Below the pieces are notes generated by a model. That model did not search any database, had not been told where the DNA came from, and worked only from the letters and a program-made list of their open reading frames with translations. A stretch of DNA of 64,000 bases from Minisyncoccota bacterium (GTDB lineage Bacteria > Patescibacteriota > Minisyncoccia > Phycocordibacterales > PALSA-1337): assembly GCA_041671485.1 (NCBI GenBank), contig JBAZBL010000003.1, positions 25,412 to 89,411 on the forward strand. The letters run 5' to 3'. Shown piece by piece: positions 1 to 10,760 of this stretch. Position 1 is the stretch's first letter. The number at the start of each line of letters is the position of its first letter. The position numbers and the translations under genes are program-made.

Positions 1-1292
1 AGATTGTCGAATACAAATATATTGTGGACCATGTATCCTGCAATAAGTCCTGTAAGTAATGTTTTATTCTTGAATGAAATGTTCGATTTCCAGACTCCTC
101 GAAATGCTAGAAAGTACAGTGACAGATATGCGAGAATGCCGACCAGACCAGCATTGATGAGCCAGTCAAGATAAATATTGTGTGCTCGATCGAACCATTG
201 TTCATGAGCCCACATCTTTGGATTGTAATTTGCATTGAATACATAATTGAAATTCTCTTGTCCCCAGCCGAGAATAGGCCTCTCCGACCATCCCTTCAAG
301 GCCATTGGCCAAACATAGCCACGCGCTTGAGTTTGTGTTTCTTTGAGAGAAATAGATGCTAGACGATTCAAGACTTCATTGTCTCTCACAAAAGTCGAAT
401 CACGATTCATCCAGAATATTACACCGATAAAAATGATTGCTCCCATAATTCCTGCCGATATCCAACGACTCTTCTTTGTCTCACTTTTGCCAAATACAGA
501 GTACAAGAATAGGGCGAGCATCACACCACCTATGAGACCCAGTATTGTACCCCTAGTCCCTGTTTCAAAGAGTAAGAATGCTGAAATAAGTGAATATATT
601 CCATACACCAAAAGTTTAAACTTTGATGCAGAATAACCCTTTTGTTTTTCTAGGAAGAAGAAATAACCAGCCAAGAATGAATGGAAAAGCATATAGACTG
701 CCATATAGATAGCATTGCCAAGTGATGCATCTATACGAGTCGAACCTTGGTGAATATCTGCCCAGCCAAATAGTTGCGCAAAACCATATATAGCAACAAT
801 TGCTGATATAGCAAGAGAAGTATTGAGCCAACGATGCCAATATTTTATAGAATCACTATTCCCTGTTGATGAAATCTTTCGAACATTACTTTGCTCACCA
901 GAATTTTTTATGACTATATCATTTACACCAAATACAGAAGTGGTCACAATAAAGAATGCCCATAGATGCACAATCGTCATCCAACCCTCCATACGCTCAA
1001 AGTTGGACCAGATACTGCGGAGTGGATTGACACCTAGAAGATCTGCTACAAGAGCGACCAATGCAAATACAGTAACTGCTACTGTAAGCTTATTTAACTT
1101 CGGACGATATCTAGCATCCAAGAAAGCTAGGATAGCCCAAGAAGCAAAAGCAATCTCTACTAGAAGTCGGAAATAGAAAGCTTTGCCTGTGATAAATGGG
1201 AAAAAGAATGGATTGGCGACGATAAGAGGGAAAAGAGGTATCAAAAATATCACAGTCAGCACGATGGAACGGTTTATTTTCTTCAATATCAT
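1..1292 (-). CDS. O-antigen ligase/polymerase family (Wzy_C-like) polytopic membrane protein, partial; C-terminus lies beyond the window start
   Basis: Continuous - strand frame from the ATG (revcomp of cat at 1290-1292) to the window edge. It is missing from the ORF track because it has no in-window stop. Hand translation gives many hydrophobic segments plus ETGTRG and RAHNIYLDWLINAGLVG motifs typical of the O-antigen ligase family. Confidence 0.5.
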   Translation of the reverse strand, partial: MILKKINRSIVLTVIFLIPLFPLIVANPFFFPFITGKAFYFRLLVEIAFASWAILAFLDARYRPKLNKLTVAVTVFALVALVADLLGVNPLRSIWSNFERMEGWMTIVHLWAFFIVTTSVFGVNDIVIKNSGEQSNVRKISSTGNSDSIKYWHRWLNTSLAISAIVAIYGFAQLFGWADIHQGSTRIDASLGNAIYMAVYMLFHSFLAGYFFFLEKQKGYSASKFKLLVYGIYSLISAFLLFETGTRGTILGLIGGVMLALFLYSVFGKSETKKSRWISAGIMGAIIFIGVIFWMNRDSTFVRDNEVLNRLASISLKETQTQARGYVWPMALKGWSERPILGWGQENFNYVFNANYNPKMWAHEQWFDRAHNIYLDWLINAGLVGILAYLSLYFLAFRGVWKSNISFKNKTLLTGLIAGYMVHNIFVFDN

Positions 1293-1363
1293 ATATCCGA
1301 TAATACTAGCTTAAACAAATAAAAAACTCAACAATTTCCTTTAAATATGATAGTATATTCCTC

Positions 1364-2191
1364 ATGTCAAACACGACATTAACGGTCATAAAGCCAAAGC
1401 GCCTCTTTCATCTTTCGGATCTGAAGGAGCTTTGGAATTATCGTGAACTATTGTATTTCTTTAGCTGGCGTGATCTCAAGGTACGATACAAACAAACTGC
1501 AATTGGTGTTGTTTGGTCAATATTACAACCATTCATAACAATGGTCATATTTTCTATATTCTTTGGCAAATTGGCAGGAATTCCCTCTGATGGCGTACCC
1601 TATCCTATATTCGTTTATACTGGTTTACTCTTCTGGCAATTTTTCGCTGATGCTTTGGGAGAAACAAGCAATTCACTCATAGCCAATAAAGCAATTATTA
1701 CCAAGGTTTACTTCCCTCGCCTCATATTGCCTGTTTCTTCTGTTGTAACCAAATTTGTTGATTTTGCAATTGCTGCAATTATTCTTATTGGTCTTATGTT
1801 CTATTATGGTTATACACCAAATTTGGTTGGATTACTTATATTACCACTTCTACTACTACTAACTTTTATGATAGCTATAGGTCTTGGACTTTTCCTGTCT
1901 GCGGTGAATGTGAAATATAGAGATGTCCGCTATGCTCTACCTTTCTTCATACAACTTCTTCTATTTGTCACACCAGTCATATATCCCGCTTCTATTGCTG
2001 GTAAATATTCATATCTCTTAGCATTCAATCCAATGATGGGTGTTATACAAGGTGCTCGTGCAGCTCTTCTTGGAACAACACCCATCAACTGGTTACTTAT
2101 TTTGGCTTCAGCAGTTGGTTGTGTGATAGTGCTAACAATTGGAATCATATATTTCAAGAAAACAGAACGATATTTCGCAGATATTATTTAG
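1364..2191 (+). CDS. wzm: ABC-2 type polysaccharide/O-antigen export permease (Wzm/TagG-like)
   Basis: 275 aa with six predicted TM segments and the ABC-2 permease pattern (WRDLKVRYKQTAIGVVWSILQP). It sits immediately upstream of the ATPase. Confidence 0.8.
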   Translation: MSNTTLTVIKPKRLFHLSDLKELWNYRELLYFFSWRDLKVRYKQTAIGVVWSILQPFITMVIFSIFFGKLAGIPSDGVPYPIFVYTGLLFWQFFADALGETSNSLIANKAIITKVYFPRLILPVSSVVTKFVDFAIAAIILIGLMFYYGYTPNLVGLLILPLLLLLTFMIAIGLGLFLSAVNVKYRDVRYALPFFIQLLLFVTPVIYPASIAGKYSYLLAFNPMMGVIQGARAALLGTTPINWLLILASAVGCVIVLTIGIIYFKKTERYFADII

Positions 2192-2201
2192 AATAAAGAA
2201 A

Positions 2202-3449
2202 ATGGATAAACCAATTATAGAAGTAAAAAATATAGGCAAGAAATATAATATCACTCATATGAAGGGTGGATATATTGCATTGCGTGATGTAATAGCAAGT
2301 GCACTCAGAAATCCTTTTTCATTTATCAAGAACAAAGCCAAACAAGCTGTTGGCTTGACGAAGAAAGAAGAATTCTGGGCTCTAAAAGATGTTTCCTTCA
2401 CTGTGAAGAGAGGAGAGATCGTTGGTGTGATTGGCGCAAATGGAGCTGGAAAATCGACTCTCCTAAAAGTATTATCACAAATAACTCCACCAACAGAGGG
2501 TGAAGTTATGTTACATGGTCGTGTCGGTTCCCTACTCGAAGTTGGTACTGGTTTTCATCCAGAATTGACTGGCCGAGAGAATATATTCCTGAATGGAGCA
2601 ATTCTTGGCATGAAGAAAGGTGAGATTGCCTCCAAGTTTGATCAAATCGTAGAATTCGCAGGAATTGAGAAATTCCTCGACACACCGGTCAAATATTATT
2701 CGAGTGGTATGTATGTTCGTCTAGCTTTCTCCGTAGCAGCACATATGGAACCAGACATTCTACTCATAGATGAAGTCTTGGCAGTTGGCGATGCAGAATT
2801 CCAGAAGAAGTGTTTGGGTAAGATGAATGAGATCACAAAGAATGAAGGAAGGACGATTTTGTTCGTGAGCCACAATTTAGAAGCTATCCGTAATTTGTGT
2901 CCAACAACTATACTCCTAGAAGGTGGAAAGATTAATTTTAAAGGTTCCACAAATGAAGTTATCAAGAAATATAATAGCGTAACAAAAGATAATTTTGATT
3001 TTTCTAAAAATTTCAACAGACGAGGAAATGGATTGATCAAATTAACAGGATTCGATATCGTCGATGAAAATAATAAATCTGTTGAATTAATAAATACTGG
3101 AATGAAAATCTCATTTAATTTTTTCTATAGATGCGAGAATCCTGATAGCATATCAAATGTAGATGTTGGTTTCTCAATCTGTAAACAAGATGGAATGTTG
3201 CTTGGAACAAGATATAGCTCATATACCGGAGAAAAGTTAAATGTCAAAACAGAAGGTTGTTTCAAATATTCTATAGACAACCTACCTTTGGATCCAGGCA
3301 CATATGGCATTAATGCTAGAATACTTGCTAATGGTTCTGAGTCTGATTGGCCCAAAGAGCCGATTAAGTATTTGACATTGACTAGTAAAGAAAACGAAAG
3401 AACATACCCCGATTCGATCGTTTGTATTAGTGGAAAATGGTCTACATAA
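2202..3449 (+). CDS. wzt: ABC transporter ATP-binding protein Wzt/TagH-like with a C-terminal extension (possible glycan-binding domain)
   Basis: Walker A GANGAGKST, signature YSSGMYVRLAF and Walker B LLIDEVLAVGD are present. About 180 extra C-terminal residues follow the NBD. Start placed at the ATG at 2202 (MDKPIIEVKN), not at the ORF-track extension. Confidence 0.8.
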   Translation: MDKPIIEVKNIGKKYNITHMKGGYIALRDVIASALRNPFSFIKNKAKQAVGLTKKEEFWALKDVSFTVKRGEIVGVIGANGAGKSTLLKVLSQITPPTEGEVMLHGRVGSLLEVGTGFHPELTGRENIFLNGAILGMKKGEIASKFDQIVEFAGIEKFLDTPVKYYSSGMYVRLAFSVAAHMEPDILLIDEVLAVGDAEFQKKCLGKMNEITKNEGRTILFVSHNLEAIRNLCPTTILLEGGKINFKGSTNEVIKKYNSVTKDNFDFSKNFNRRGNGLIKLTGFDIVDENNKSVELINTGMKISFNFFYRCENPDSISNVDVGFSICKQDGMLLGTRYSSYTGEKLNVKTEGCFKYSIDNLPLDPGTYGINARILANGSESDWPKEPIKYLTLTSKENERTYPDSIVCISGKWST

Positions 3450-3470
3450 AAGATTTAAATTATTTACAAG

Positions 3471-4181
3471 ATGATAAAACAAATGATTTCTCACTTGATA
3501 CCATCGCGCTTACTTGAAAGAATAATGTTTTTAAAATTCAAGTATGCCACAGTCTCTTTTTCCCAACATGGCGAAGATACTATTCTACGAGATCTTCTTT
3601 GGAAGACAAAAAAGGGATTCTATGTGGATATTGGAGCGCACCATCCAACAAGATTCTCCAATACATATTGGTTCTATCGCAACGGTTGGAAAGGTATCAA
3701 TATAGATGCTTCACCTGGATCTATGAAGAATTTTAGAACTATTAGACCAAATGATATTAATATAGAGATAGGTATATCTGAAAAGCCAAATGTGATGAAC
3801 TTTTTTCGATTCAATAAGCCGGCTTTCAATACTTTCTCGATACAATTGGCAAATAAATACAAAGAACAAGGATTCAAATTATTAGATACGGTCAAAGTCA
3901 ACACTGATACTTTGGAAAATATATTAGATAAGAATTTTCCTTTGGGACAGACTATTGATTTTATGAGTATTGATGCCGAGGGATATGATCTAGAAGTATT
4001 AAAGTCCAACGACTGGTCTAGATTTATACCCAAAATCATAGTAATAGAGGACAATAATTTTTCAGTCGAGAATCCATATAATTCACCGATAGCCAACTTT
4101 CTAAAAGAAAAGAGTTACAAAATAATTACGTATACGGGACATACTCTTTTTTTATTAAACAATAATAATTATATTTCATGA
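3471..4181 (+). CDS. FkbM-family SAM-dependent methyltransferase
   Basis: FSQHGEDTILRDLL and DIGAHHPT motifs characteristic of the FkbM methyltransferase domain. Confidence 0.7.
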   Translation: MIKQMISHLIPSRLLERIMFLKFKYATVSFSQHGEDTILRDLLWKTKKGFYVDIGAHHPTRFSNTYWFYRNGWKGINIDASPGSMKNFRTIRPNDINIEIGISEKPNVMNFFRFNKPAFNTFSIQLANKYKEQGFKLLDTVKVNTDTLENILDKNFPLGQTIDFMSIDAEGYDLEVLKSNDWSRFIPKIIVIEDNNFSVENPYNSPIANFLKEKSYKIITYTGHTLFLLNNNNYIS

Positions 4182-5878
4182 AAACCCCAATTCTCTTTAT
4201 AACATTCAATAGACCTGAACAAACTGAACGTGTTTTCGCAGAAATCCGTAAAATACAACCCGAAAAACTTTTCATTGCTGCGGATGGACCTAGAGATAAC
4301 AGGCCTGAAGATGTAGAGAAGTGTGCAAAAACAAGAAAGATAATAGAGAAGGTTGATTGGCCTTGTGATCTGAAAACTTTGTTTCAGGATAAAAACCTTG
4401 GCTGTAAGATCGGAGCAACTACTGCTATTGGTTGGTTTTTTGATCATGTTGAAGAAGGGATAATCCTAGAAGATGATTGCATTCCCGATAAGTCTTTTTT
4501 CCCTTTTTGTGCAGAAATGCTCAACTATTTTAGAAATAAAGAGAAGATTATAATGATTTGCGGATATAATATCAACGAGAAATCAAATATCCCATATTCA
4601 TATACTTTTTCACGATATGGACATCTTTGGGGTTGGGCATCATGGAGACGAGTATGGAAACAGTATGATGTAACAATGAAGATTTGGGAAAGCAAAGAAA
4701 ATCAGAGAAAGATAAAGAAGGCCATGGGTGATCGCCAGCATTGGAATTATCGGCAATGGCTTTACAACGAAACGTATCATGGAAGAAAAGATACTTGGGA
4801 TTATCAATGGGAATCATACCGATTACTTCACAATCAATTATCAATCATTCCTGCAACCAATATGATAGAAAATATTGGTTTTGGAGCTGATGCAACACAT
4901 ACAAAACAAACAAATTCCCATTTGCTAATAAAAAGAAGGGCGATCACTTTTCCGATTGTTCACAATTCAAATATTATTGCTGATGACAATTATGACAAAT
5001 TATTGAGACCACCAAATAAAGCACCTAGCATGTGGATACGAAACATTAAAGAAATGATCAAGACAAATGCCAAAGACATTGTTCCACCACTTCTATACAG
5101 GACAATAAGACAGATACTTTTACGTCAAATAAAATTTAGACCTAGATGGAATACACTACAATACAAATCGATGGAAGGAGTACAAATGTATTTTGACCCA
5201 TCTGGATCGTGGCAAAAAAAGATGCTCGATGGTTCATATGACAAATTCCTCTTCGATAGACTTCGTGATATTGGTGCAAGTAACAAAGTTATCTATGATA
5301 TTGGTGCTCATGTCGGATATCACTCACTGTATTTTGCTCGAATGGTCGGTGAAGGTGGAAAAATCTTTGCCTTCGAACCAAATAATAATAATCTTGATCG
5401 AATAAAATTAAATCTTGACCATAATAAAGATCTGGAAAAAAGAATTAAGATTTTTAACATTGCTATTTCAGATGAGTATGGAAATGCAGAGTTTAATATC
5501 AACAATGATATTGAAAGTGGTAGAAGTTCTGGAAACTTTATTGGTGGGGCTCATCCTTTCTGGAGCCGAGATGTTTACAAGATAAAGGGGTTTATCAAAA
5601 CACGAGTGAAGACAATTCCGATTGACATGTTTAGAGAACATCTCGATATAAATAGTTCTCCAGATATTATCAAACTCGATGTTGAGGGAGCAGAATATCT
5701 AGCACTCAAAGGTGCGAAGAATACCTTGCTATCGAAGAGACCAATAATATTTATAGAAATTCATTCAATGCAGAGTATGTTCGAAGTTATTACATTTCTT
5801 ACATCATTATCATATAGCTCAAGAATTATTCATGTTGAAGATAATGGTGTTTGCTACATAGAAGCACAAAAATTATGA
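4178..5878 (+). CDS. Two-domain protein: N-terminal GT-A-like glycosyltransferase region fused to a C-terminal FkbM-family methyltransferase
   Basis: N-terminus ILFITFNRPEQTERV, typical of a nucleotide-sugar transferase. The C-terminal 230 aa has the FkbM pattern (YDIGAHVGYHSLYFA ... KLDVEGAEYLAL). It overlaps the upstream gene by 4 nt (ATGA). Confidence 0.6.
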   Translation: MKTPILFITFNRPEQTERVFAEIRKIQPEKLFIAADGPRDNRPEDVEKCAKTRKIIEKVDWPCDLKTLFQDKNLGCKIGATTAIGWFFDHVEEGIILEDDCIPDKSFFPFCAEMLNYFRNKEKIIMICGYNINEKSNIPYSYTFSRYGHLWGWASWRRVWKQYDVTMKIWESKENQRKIKKAMGDRQHWNYRQWLYNETYHGRKDTWDYQWESYRLLHNQLSIIPATNMIENIGFGADATHTKQTNSHLLIKRRAITFPIVHNSNIIADDNYDKLLRPPNKAPSMWIRNIKEMIKTNAKDIVPPLLYRTIRQILLRQIKFRPRWNTLQYKSMEGVQMYFDPSGSWQKKMLDGSYDKFLFDRLRDIGASNKVIYDIGAHVGYHSLYFARMVGEGGKIFAFEPNNNNLDRIKLNLDHNKDLEKRIKIFNIAISDEYGNAEFNINNDIESGRSSGNFIGGAHPFWSRDVYKIKGFIKTRVKTIPIDMFREHLDINSSPDIIKLDVEGAEYLALKGAKNTLLSKRPIIFIEIHSMQSMFEVITFLTSLSYSSRIIHVEDNGVCYIEAQKL

Positions 5879-6819
5879 GAACCCATATTGTTACAATATC
5901 TGACAAAAACCACCTAGGTAGGATGATAGCACTACGTCAATCGTTAACAGTTCATGCACCAGATTCACATATTTATTATTTATGTCTTGATGATTTGGGA
6001 TATCAAACTGCAAAGAAATTGAACATACCAGAAACAACTATTCTGAGACCAGAGGATCTAAACGATAAAGAGCTCCTAGCCTCACGTTCAACACGAACAA
6101 ATCCGGAATTTGCGTCAACATGTAAACCTGCTTTCTTATTGTTCACAATGAAGAGTGGCATTGTTAGATCAGATGATTTATTGGTATTTGTTGATCCAGA
6201 TTTTTATTTTTATAAATCAGCACAACCTTTATTCGAGAAAGTCTATAGTTTGGGTTCAATAACTATTACTCCGCATCGCTTTCCGCCCAATCGCGAGAAT
6301 GAACAATGCAAGAAAGGTATATATAATGCTGGAATAATGTTTTTTAAAAATGATGATTCTGCCCTCCAATGTTTGGAAGAATGGAGAAAACAATGTATTG
6401 ATTGGTGTTATCTACGTTACGAAAATGGGAAGATTGGCGACCAAGGATATCTGAGTGATTGGCCACGAAAATACAAAGGCGTTTATGAGCTTAGAGATAA
6501 GGGAGTTAACCTTAGTACTTGGAATATTAATAATTACAAAATAACAAAAAATAAAGATGGAGGGTTCTTTGTTGATAATGAACCTCTTATTTGTTTCCAC
6601 TTTCATGGACTAAAATTGTATTTCGACAGAAAAGGTTGTTTACGAGCATACCCTATCACAATATTTCACAAAGAAATATATCGATTGTGCCTTGAAGAAT
6701 TAGAGAGAGCATACGATAAAATACAAACTATAGATTCTTCATGGCGATTTGGTACATTATCACAACTAAACTTATTCAGAATAATAAAACAGACAGTATC
6801 AAGCTATTTTCCACGCTAG
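5875..6819 (+). CDS. GT-A-fold glycosyltransferase-like protein (DXD motif VDPD)
   Basis: 315 aa; Rossmann-like N-terminus (HIVTISDKNHL), a DXD-like VFVDPDFYFY and a conserved HFHG. 4-nt overlap with the upstream gene. Confidence 0.4.
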   Translation: MRTHIVTISDKNHLGRMIALRQSLTVHAPDSHIYYLCLDDLGYQTAKKLNIPETTILRPEDLNDKELLASRSTRTNPEFASTCKPAFLLFTMKSGIVRSDDLLVFVDPDFYFYKSAQPLFEKVYSLGSITITPHRFPPNRENEQCKKGIYNAGIMFFKNDDSALQCLEEWRKQCIDWCYLRYENGKIGDQGYLSDWPRKYKGVYELRDKGVNLSTWNINNYKITKNKDGGFFVDNEPLICFHFHGLKLYFDRKGCLRAYPITIFHKEIYRLCLEELERAYDKIQTIDSSWRFGTLSQLNLFRIIKQTVSSYFPR

Positions 6820-6916
6820 TTTGACTCTCGAAGGTTTGTAGACAGATGGATGTCTAACAGGTATATTGATCTTGGAAAGATAATTTGTTGTTTTACAACC
6901 AACTTTAGAAAGATGT

Positions 6917-8455
6917 ATGAAAACACTCTTAAACACGCAAACTTCGGTTCTTCTAGATAACACCTCAGGAAAAGTCTGTCTCATCATACCACCCTCTCCA
7001 TTTCTATTGGATGAGCGTGTATTCATGTCACTTGGAATTCTCAAGGTCGCAGCCACTCTGGAACAAGCAGGAGTTGATGTTGATGTACTTGATCTCTCTG
7101 GTATCAAGAATTTTCCAGATGTAATCTCTGATTATGTGAGAACTCGAACAGATACTATCTTGTTCGGAATAACATCTACAACACCTCAATTGCCTGCAAC
7201 AACAATAATTGCTCGCACAATACGTTGTTTACGTCCTTGTGCAAGAATTATAATCGGTGGTCCACATGTAACCCTTGTTAATGCTGCATTCAAAAAGGAA
7301 AGACTCCTCGGGCGAAATGGAAGAGCCACTAGAGCGATGGAACAATTAGAGACTTGTTTCGATGTTCTTGTCGCTGGGGATGGAGAGGAAGCTGTTTTTG
7401 GTGCATTGGATGAAAATCCACCCAAATTGATTGATGCTGATATAGTGGACTCACCTCTATTCCTAGACAATGAGCGTCTGACCGCACTTCCTTTCCCTGC
7501 ACGACATCTCATCGACGAAAAAAGCTATCACTATTCTATAGATAGTGTTCCCGCTTTATCACTTATCGCACAGCTCGGATGTCCATTCGCTTGTGGATTC
7601 TGTGGTGGACGAGAGTCTCCATCCCTTCGGAAAATACGCATGCGAACTTCCGAAAACATTGTTGCGGAAATGATCCACATCTACCAAACAACTGGAAAGA
7701 GAGGATTCATGTTGTATGATGATGAGCTCAATGTTAACAGAAACATGGTTCCTCTCATGAATCTTATTGCAAAGACACAGAGAGATCTAGGAGTTACGTG
7801 GCGATTACGTGGTTTCATAAAATCACAGCTTCTTACAGACGAACAAGCCCAAGCCATGTATGAAGCTGGATTCAGATGGATTCTGGTTGGCTTTGAATCA
7901 GGTTCGTCTGACATTTTAGAGGCTATTAACAAAAGAGCAACACGTGATGAGAATACTCGGTGTATGGAAATCGCGAGACGTCATGGGCTGAAAATAAAGG
8001 CACTGATGTCTATTGGTCATCCAGGAGAAAATATTGCAACTATTGAACAAACCAGGGACTGGCTCATTGAGACAAAACCTGACGACTTCGATATCTCTCT
8101 TATTACATGTTACCCAGGAACACCTTATTACGATCAGGCTATCCCATCCCATGGTAAAGATATGGTTTGGGTATATACCTATCCAAATACAGGTGCCAAA
8201 CTGTATCAATACGCTGTTGATTTTATGGAAACAGCAAACTATTACAAGGGCGATCCTGATGGTGGTTACAAAGCATATGTCTTCACGGACGAACTCTCAT
8301 CTGATGATTTAGTGTTCCAACGTGACCGCTTGGAGAGAGAAGTGCGTTCTATTCTTGGTATTCCATTCAATCCGAGTACAAAAGCAGTTCTTTACGAACA
8401 TTCAATGGGACAATGGGGAAAACTTCCTCACAATATTCTTCGTACCAAAGACTAA
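6917..8455 (+). CDS. B12-binding radical SAM protein (class B radical SAM; possible methyltransferase)
   Basis: N-terminal cobalamin-binding-like Rossmann segment followed by the CxxxCxxC radical SAM cluster motif (GCPFACGFCGG). Confidence 0.75.
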   Translation: MKTLLNTQTSVLLDNTSGKVCLIIPPSPFLLDERVFMSLGILKVAATLEQAGVDVDVLDLSGIKNFPDVISDYVRTRTDTILFGITSTTPQLPATTIIARTIRCLRPCARIIIGGPHVTLVNAAFKKERLLGRNGRATRAMEQLETCFDVLVAGDGEEAVFGALDENPPKLIDADIVDSPLFLDNERLTALPFPARHLIDEKSYHYSIDSVPALSLIAQLGCPFACGFCGGRESPSLRKIRMRTSENIVAEMIHIYQTTGKRGFMLYDDELNVNRNMVPLMNLIAKTQRDLGVTWRLRGFIKSQLLTDEQAQAMYEAGFRWILVGFESGSSDILEAINKRATRDENTRCMEIARRHGLKIKALMSIGHPGENIATIEQTRDWLIETKPDDFDISLITCYPGTPYYDQAIPSHGKDMVWVYTYPNTGAKLYQYAVDFMETANYYKGDPDGGYKAYVFTDELSSDDLVFQRDRLEREVRSILGIPFNPSTKAVLYEHSMGQWGKLPHNILRTKD

Positions 8456-8458
8456 GCT

Positions 8459-8536
8459 TCAAACGAAGCATAATGTTGTATTACACTTCAACTCCCCTTT
8501 CATTAGTCATCATAGCAATGTTGACTAAAAAAAGGG
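8459..8536. terminator. Nested hairpins in a convergent gene junction; likely bidirectional intrinsic terminator
   Basis: gcttcAAACgaagc directly after the radical SAM stop, then ccccttt...(ttagtca/tgactaa)...aaagggg followed by a T-run (tctatttttt). Confidence 0.4.
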
Positions 8537-8540
8537 GGGT

Positions 8541-9380
8541 CTATTTTTTAATAAATCGCCGATTTATATGGTATCGATAAGCCGCTTGAATTTTTCCAAA
8601 CCAATCGAATAGGAAAGCTGTTATAGGATCAAAACTTTCTTTGCCAAGAAAATAGATGATTGATTTCAGAAATGTCTTTTCATGTGTATCAATATATCGA
8701 ATCATTGGGAGTAGCATCATGCCTTTATTGCCAGCAAAATGGATAAAGCTATTTTCATGATACATTTTCAATATCTTTGATAAACCCCAACCATAAGCAT
8801 AACGATAACAAAAAACAACAGTATTGAATTCTGCTGGCATCAGAATCCCTCTGCCATCATTTAACAAATGATATGAAAGAGGTCCATTGTCACAACATTG
8901 CTGTTCTGGATAGTCATTATAGATCATCTCCATAATTGGTTTAATTTCTTTGGTAACAATAAATACACCAGAATTAATCAATTTATCTGGACGATTTTCT
9001 TTAGGGCAAAACTTATACAAATCTGGATCAGTCTTCTTGAGAAAATCTAGATTATAAACATTATTATCAACTATTCCCCATGGTTTGTTACCAACAACAT
9101 CAAATGGATTGTGTGCATGTTTGGTAATATATATGTCTGCATCCATGAACATTACCCTGTTGTATGGTGCTACTCGTGGATGATCGAAGATCAGCAATTT
9201 CTGCCAAGGAGCGCGTTTGTCAGACTGCTTGATAAATTCATCTACCACTACAAATTCTAGATTGTGTCTTTCGGCAAACATCTCGAAACTACCTCTAAAT
9301 TCCCTGTTAAAATTATCTAGATATTTCTTGCCAATAGCAAGAGTGACGAAAACGTCTTTTACTTTTTGATTATTATCCAT
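8541..9380 (-). CDS. GT-A-fold glycosyltransferase-like protein (DXD motif FMDADIY)
   Basis: Start moved to the internal ATG (MDNNQKVKDVFVTLAIGKKY). Has a DXD motif and shows no TM segments. Confidence 0.4.
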   Translation of the reverse strand: MDNNQKVKDVFVTLAIGKKYLDNFNREFRGSFEMFAERHNLEFVVVDEFIKQSDKRAPWQKLLIFDHPRVAPYNRVMFMDADIYITKHAHNPFDVVGNKPWGIVDNNVYNLDFLKKTDPDLYKFCPKENRPDKLINSGVFIVTKEIKPIMEMIYNDYPEQQCCDNGPLSYHLLNDGRGILMPAEFNTVVFCYRYAYGWGLSKILKMYHENSFIHFAGNKGMMLLPMIRYIDTHEKTFLKSIIYFLGKESFDPITAFLFDWFGKIQAAYRYHINRRFIKK

Positions 9381-9410
9381 AATATGTGATAGAGTAACAC
9401 AAAACAAAAA

Positions 9411-10727
9411 ATGAAGCACTCTAGAAATAATAATGTAATCCTAGGTGGTGGTATAACAGGGCTTTCGGCTGGATATGTATCCAAACTACCTATATATGAA
9501 GCAAATGATATTGCTGGTGGTATTTGCACATCGTATTATATGAGAAAGGGTGAAAAGAAACGCCTATCAGAACCTCCAAAAGATGCAGAATCTTATCATT
9601 TTGAGATAGGTGGTGGTCATTGGATTTTTGGTGGAGATCCTTCGATAATTCAATTCATTCAAAATCATTCCCCTTTCAAAAGATATTCTCGTAAAGCAAG
9701 TATTTATTTACCTGAAAAAAATATTTTCATACCCTACCCTATTCAAAATAATTTGTATTATTTGGACAAGAAAAGTTCGGCAAAAGTAGTCGACGAAATC
9801 ATCAATGTAAAAGTCACAGAATACAAGATTCTAACAATGTCCAAATGGTTGAAGATAAATTTTGGACAGACATTATGTAATATATTTTTTCATCCATTTC
9901 ATAAACTATACACGGCAAACTTATATCACAAGATCGCTCCACAAGATCCACACAAATCTCCTATCAATATGAAAGAGATTATGAATGGTCTTCGTGGTAA
10001 GGCAAATCCTGCAGGATATAACACAACATTTATATATCCAGAACACGGACTAGATTCTCTGATGAGAAGCTTGGAAAAAGAATGTAATATCAATTATGGA
10101 AAAAAGGTAGTCAAGATTGATATAAAAAAGAAAATAATAAAATTTTCCGATTCAACTACTATTGGATATAACAAAATCATATCAACATTACCACTAAACA
10201 AGATGATTCAGATGACTGGTATCAAGATCGGTGAAGAGCCTCATCCATCACCTGCTGTATTGGTAATAAATATAGGTGCCAAAAAAGGTCCAAAATGTCC
10301 AGATGATCAGTGGGTATATATTCCTAATTCAAATACAAAATTCCATCGAGTAGGTTTTTATAGCAATATTGATACTTCATTCTTACCGAAATCCAACAGA
10401 AAGAAGAATGATAGAACTTCAATATATGTAGAAAAAGCATATCCAGAAAATTCAAAGCCAAATAAGAAAGAGATAGAAGAGATCTGTCAAAAAACAATAA
10501 AAGAACTACAAGAATGGGGCTGGATAGATGAAGTCGATGTTTATGATCCAACATGGATAGAGACGGCGTATACTTGGAGTTGGCCCAATTCTTCTTGGAA
10601 AGAAAAGGCATTGAAAGAGTTGGAGAAAAATGGAATCTACCAGATCGGTAGATATGGAAGATGGATTTTCCAAGGCATTGCTGATTCTATCAAAGATGGA
10701 CTGATGGTTGGAGGTGCTTTCACATAA
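9411..10727 (+). CDS. FAD-dependent oxidoreductase, possibly UDP-galactopyranose mutase-like
   Basis: N-terminal dinucleotide-binding motif VILGGGITGLSAGY...ANDIAGG. GGGHWIF and IYLPEKNIFIPYP resemble Glf motifs. Divergent and longer than canonical Glf. Confidence 0.5.
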   Translation: MKHSRNNNVILGGGITGLSAGYVSKLPIYEANDIAGGICTSYYMRKGEKKRLSEPPKDAESYHFEIGGGHWIFGGDPSIIQFIQNHSPFKRYSRKASIYLPEKNIFIPYPIQNNLYYLDKKSSAKVVDEIINVKVTEYKILTMSKWLKINFGQTLCNIFFHPFHKLYTANLYHKIAPQDPHKSPINMKEIMNGLRGKANPAGYNTTFIYPEHGLDSLMRSLEKECNINYGKKVVKIDIKKKIIKFSDSTTIGYNKIISTLPLNKMIQMTGIKIGEEPHPSPAVLVINIGAKKGPKCPDDQWVYIPNSNTKFHRVGFYSNIDTSFLPKSNRKKNDRTSIYVEKAYPENSKPNKKEIEEICQKTIKELQEWGWIDEVDVYDPTWIETAYTWSWPNSSWKEKALKELEKNGIYQIGRYGRWIFQGIADSIKDGLMVGGAFT

Positions 10728-10760
10728 ATAGTATAATTTTGATGTAATCTTTATTCGATT

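Noticed and set aside
180-1176. Four short + and - strand ORFs at the left edge
   Set aside because: All are out-of-frame or antisense to the long - strand O-antigen-ligase-like frame that runs off the window edge.
2139-2201. N-terminal extensions in the ORF track (wzt from 2139, rpoB from 52653, recG from 61033, others from GTG/TTG)
   Set aside because: Extensions overlap upstream genes or lack conserved N-terminal motifs; starts were moved to internal ATGs that match family N-termini.
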